Virus record (IMG/VR): IMGVR_UViG_3300045996_000987
Length of the DNA: 64,000 bases
Origin: a virus
Strand: one strand, 5' to 3'
Shown: positions 63,583-64,000 of the stretch, one piece after another
Position numbering within the stretch: the first letter of the stretch is position 1
Layout: each line of letters begins with the position of its first letter
Translations under genes and position numbers: made by a program
The notes under the pieces: model-generated
Database searches by the model: none
What the model was told of the DNA's origin: nothing
Seen by the model: only the letters and a program-made list of their open reading frames with translations

Positions 63583-63610
63583 TGTCCTACGGGGCAGGGG
63601 ACGAGAGGTA
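63583..63610 (+). promoter_or_regulatory. Promoter-like element TGTCCT-N14-GAGAGGTA(AGGGGCGTAACC)
   Basis: tgtcct(63583-88), gagaggta(63603-10); 27 nt upstream of ATG 63637. Confidence 0.45.
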
Positions 63611-63636
63611 AGGGGCGTAACCCTACAGGAGCGCGA

Positions 63637-64000
63637 ATGTCAGGTCACCCGGATTACCCGATCGTCTACGAGTATCGGGACGGGAGCGAAGTGCACCCGG
63701 AGTGGGCGGGCCAGCAGGTGCCAGTGCCGCCGGAGTGGGTGCGCCAGCGTACCGGGCTCACGCGCGGCTGCGAGTTGGCGTGCCTCTCGCCGGAGTTGAA
63801 GGATCGGTTCAGCCCGGAGATCCGGAAGGGCCTCGTCGCCTACGTGCGCGACTACGAGCGCGTCCGCCGGGACGGCGCGAACCTGCTCGTCTGTGGATCG
63901 GGCGCGAGCTTCCGTCTCCGGCAGTGGGCCGCGGCGGCGACGCTCAACGAGATCGTCATGCGGTGGTCGTCGCGGTACGACCTCTCGGCGTCGTGGCTGT
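63637..64000 (+). CDS. Hypothetical protein, partial (runs off the right edge)
   Basis: ATG 63637 after GGAGCGCGA; open frame to the window end (MSGHPDYPIVYEYRDG...). Confidence 0.4.
   Translation, partial: MSGHPDYPIVYEYRDGSEVHPEWAGQQVPVPPEWVRQRTGLTRGCELACLSPELKDRFSPEIRKGLVAYVRDYERVRRDGANLLVCGSGASFRLRQWAAAATLNEIVMRWSSRYDLSASWL

Overview
High-G+C window that reads as the early, replication, recombination and nucleotide-metabolism region of a phage or prophage. About 115 mostly small, tightly packed and often overlapping genes, and no capsid, portal, terminase or tail genes. Layout: 1 to about 48.4 kb is one long leftward (minus-strand) block; about 48.45-49.8 kb is a 1.3-kb non-coding divergent control region; 49.8-61.5 kb is a rightward block containing a tRNA cluster; then two leftward genes, and an AT-rich repeat island precedes a partial rightward gene at the right edge. 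Recognisable products, from left to right: a class II ribonucleotide reductase (NrdJ, partial at the left edge), a dCMP deaminase, a thioredoxin and a glutaredoxin-like protein; a Cas4/RecB-like nuclease; a large serine recombinase and an XerC/D-like tyrosine recombinase flanking a RuvB-like AAA+ ATPase; a DnaN sliding clamp and a DpdA/TGT-family 7-deazaguanine DNA transglycosylase; then in the rightward block an HNH nuclease, a NUDIX hydrolase, tRNA-Lys, Glu, Tyr and Leu plus irregular tRNA-like pieces, a micrococcal-type nuclease, a 5'-3' flap exonuclease and an SPFH lipoprotein; finally an XRE-type HTH regulator and several lipoproteins. The most striking content is non-coding: (i) a 16-bp perfect palindrome CTTACTGGCCAGTAAG in at least 30 copies in the short intergenic gaps of the 31.5-49.3 kb region; (ii) its half-site-like start-associated motif CAAGTAACC 0-25 nt upstream of start codons on both strands; (iii) a roughly 40-bp promoter-like element TGTCCT-N13/14-G(A/G)GAGGTA(AGGGGTGTAAC) in 11 or more copies, typically right after terminator hairpins; (iv) two odd tRNA-like elements inside the leftward block; and (v) an AT-rich GTAAC-repeat island next to three promoter-like elements at the right end. 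Coordinates of refined starts may be off by 1-2 nt; functions without a named motif are left as hypothetical.
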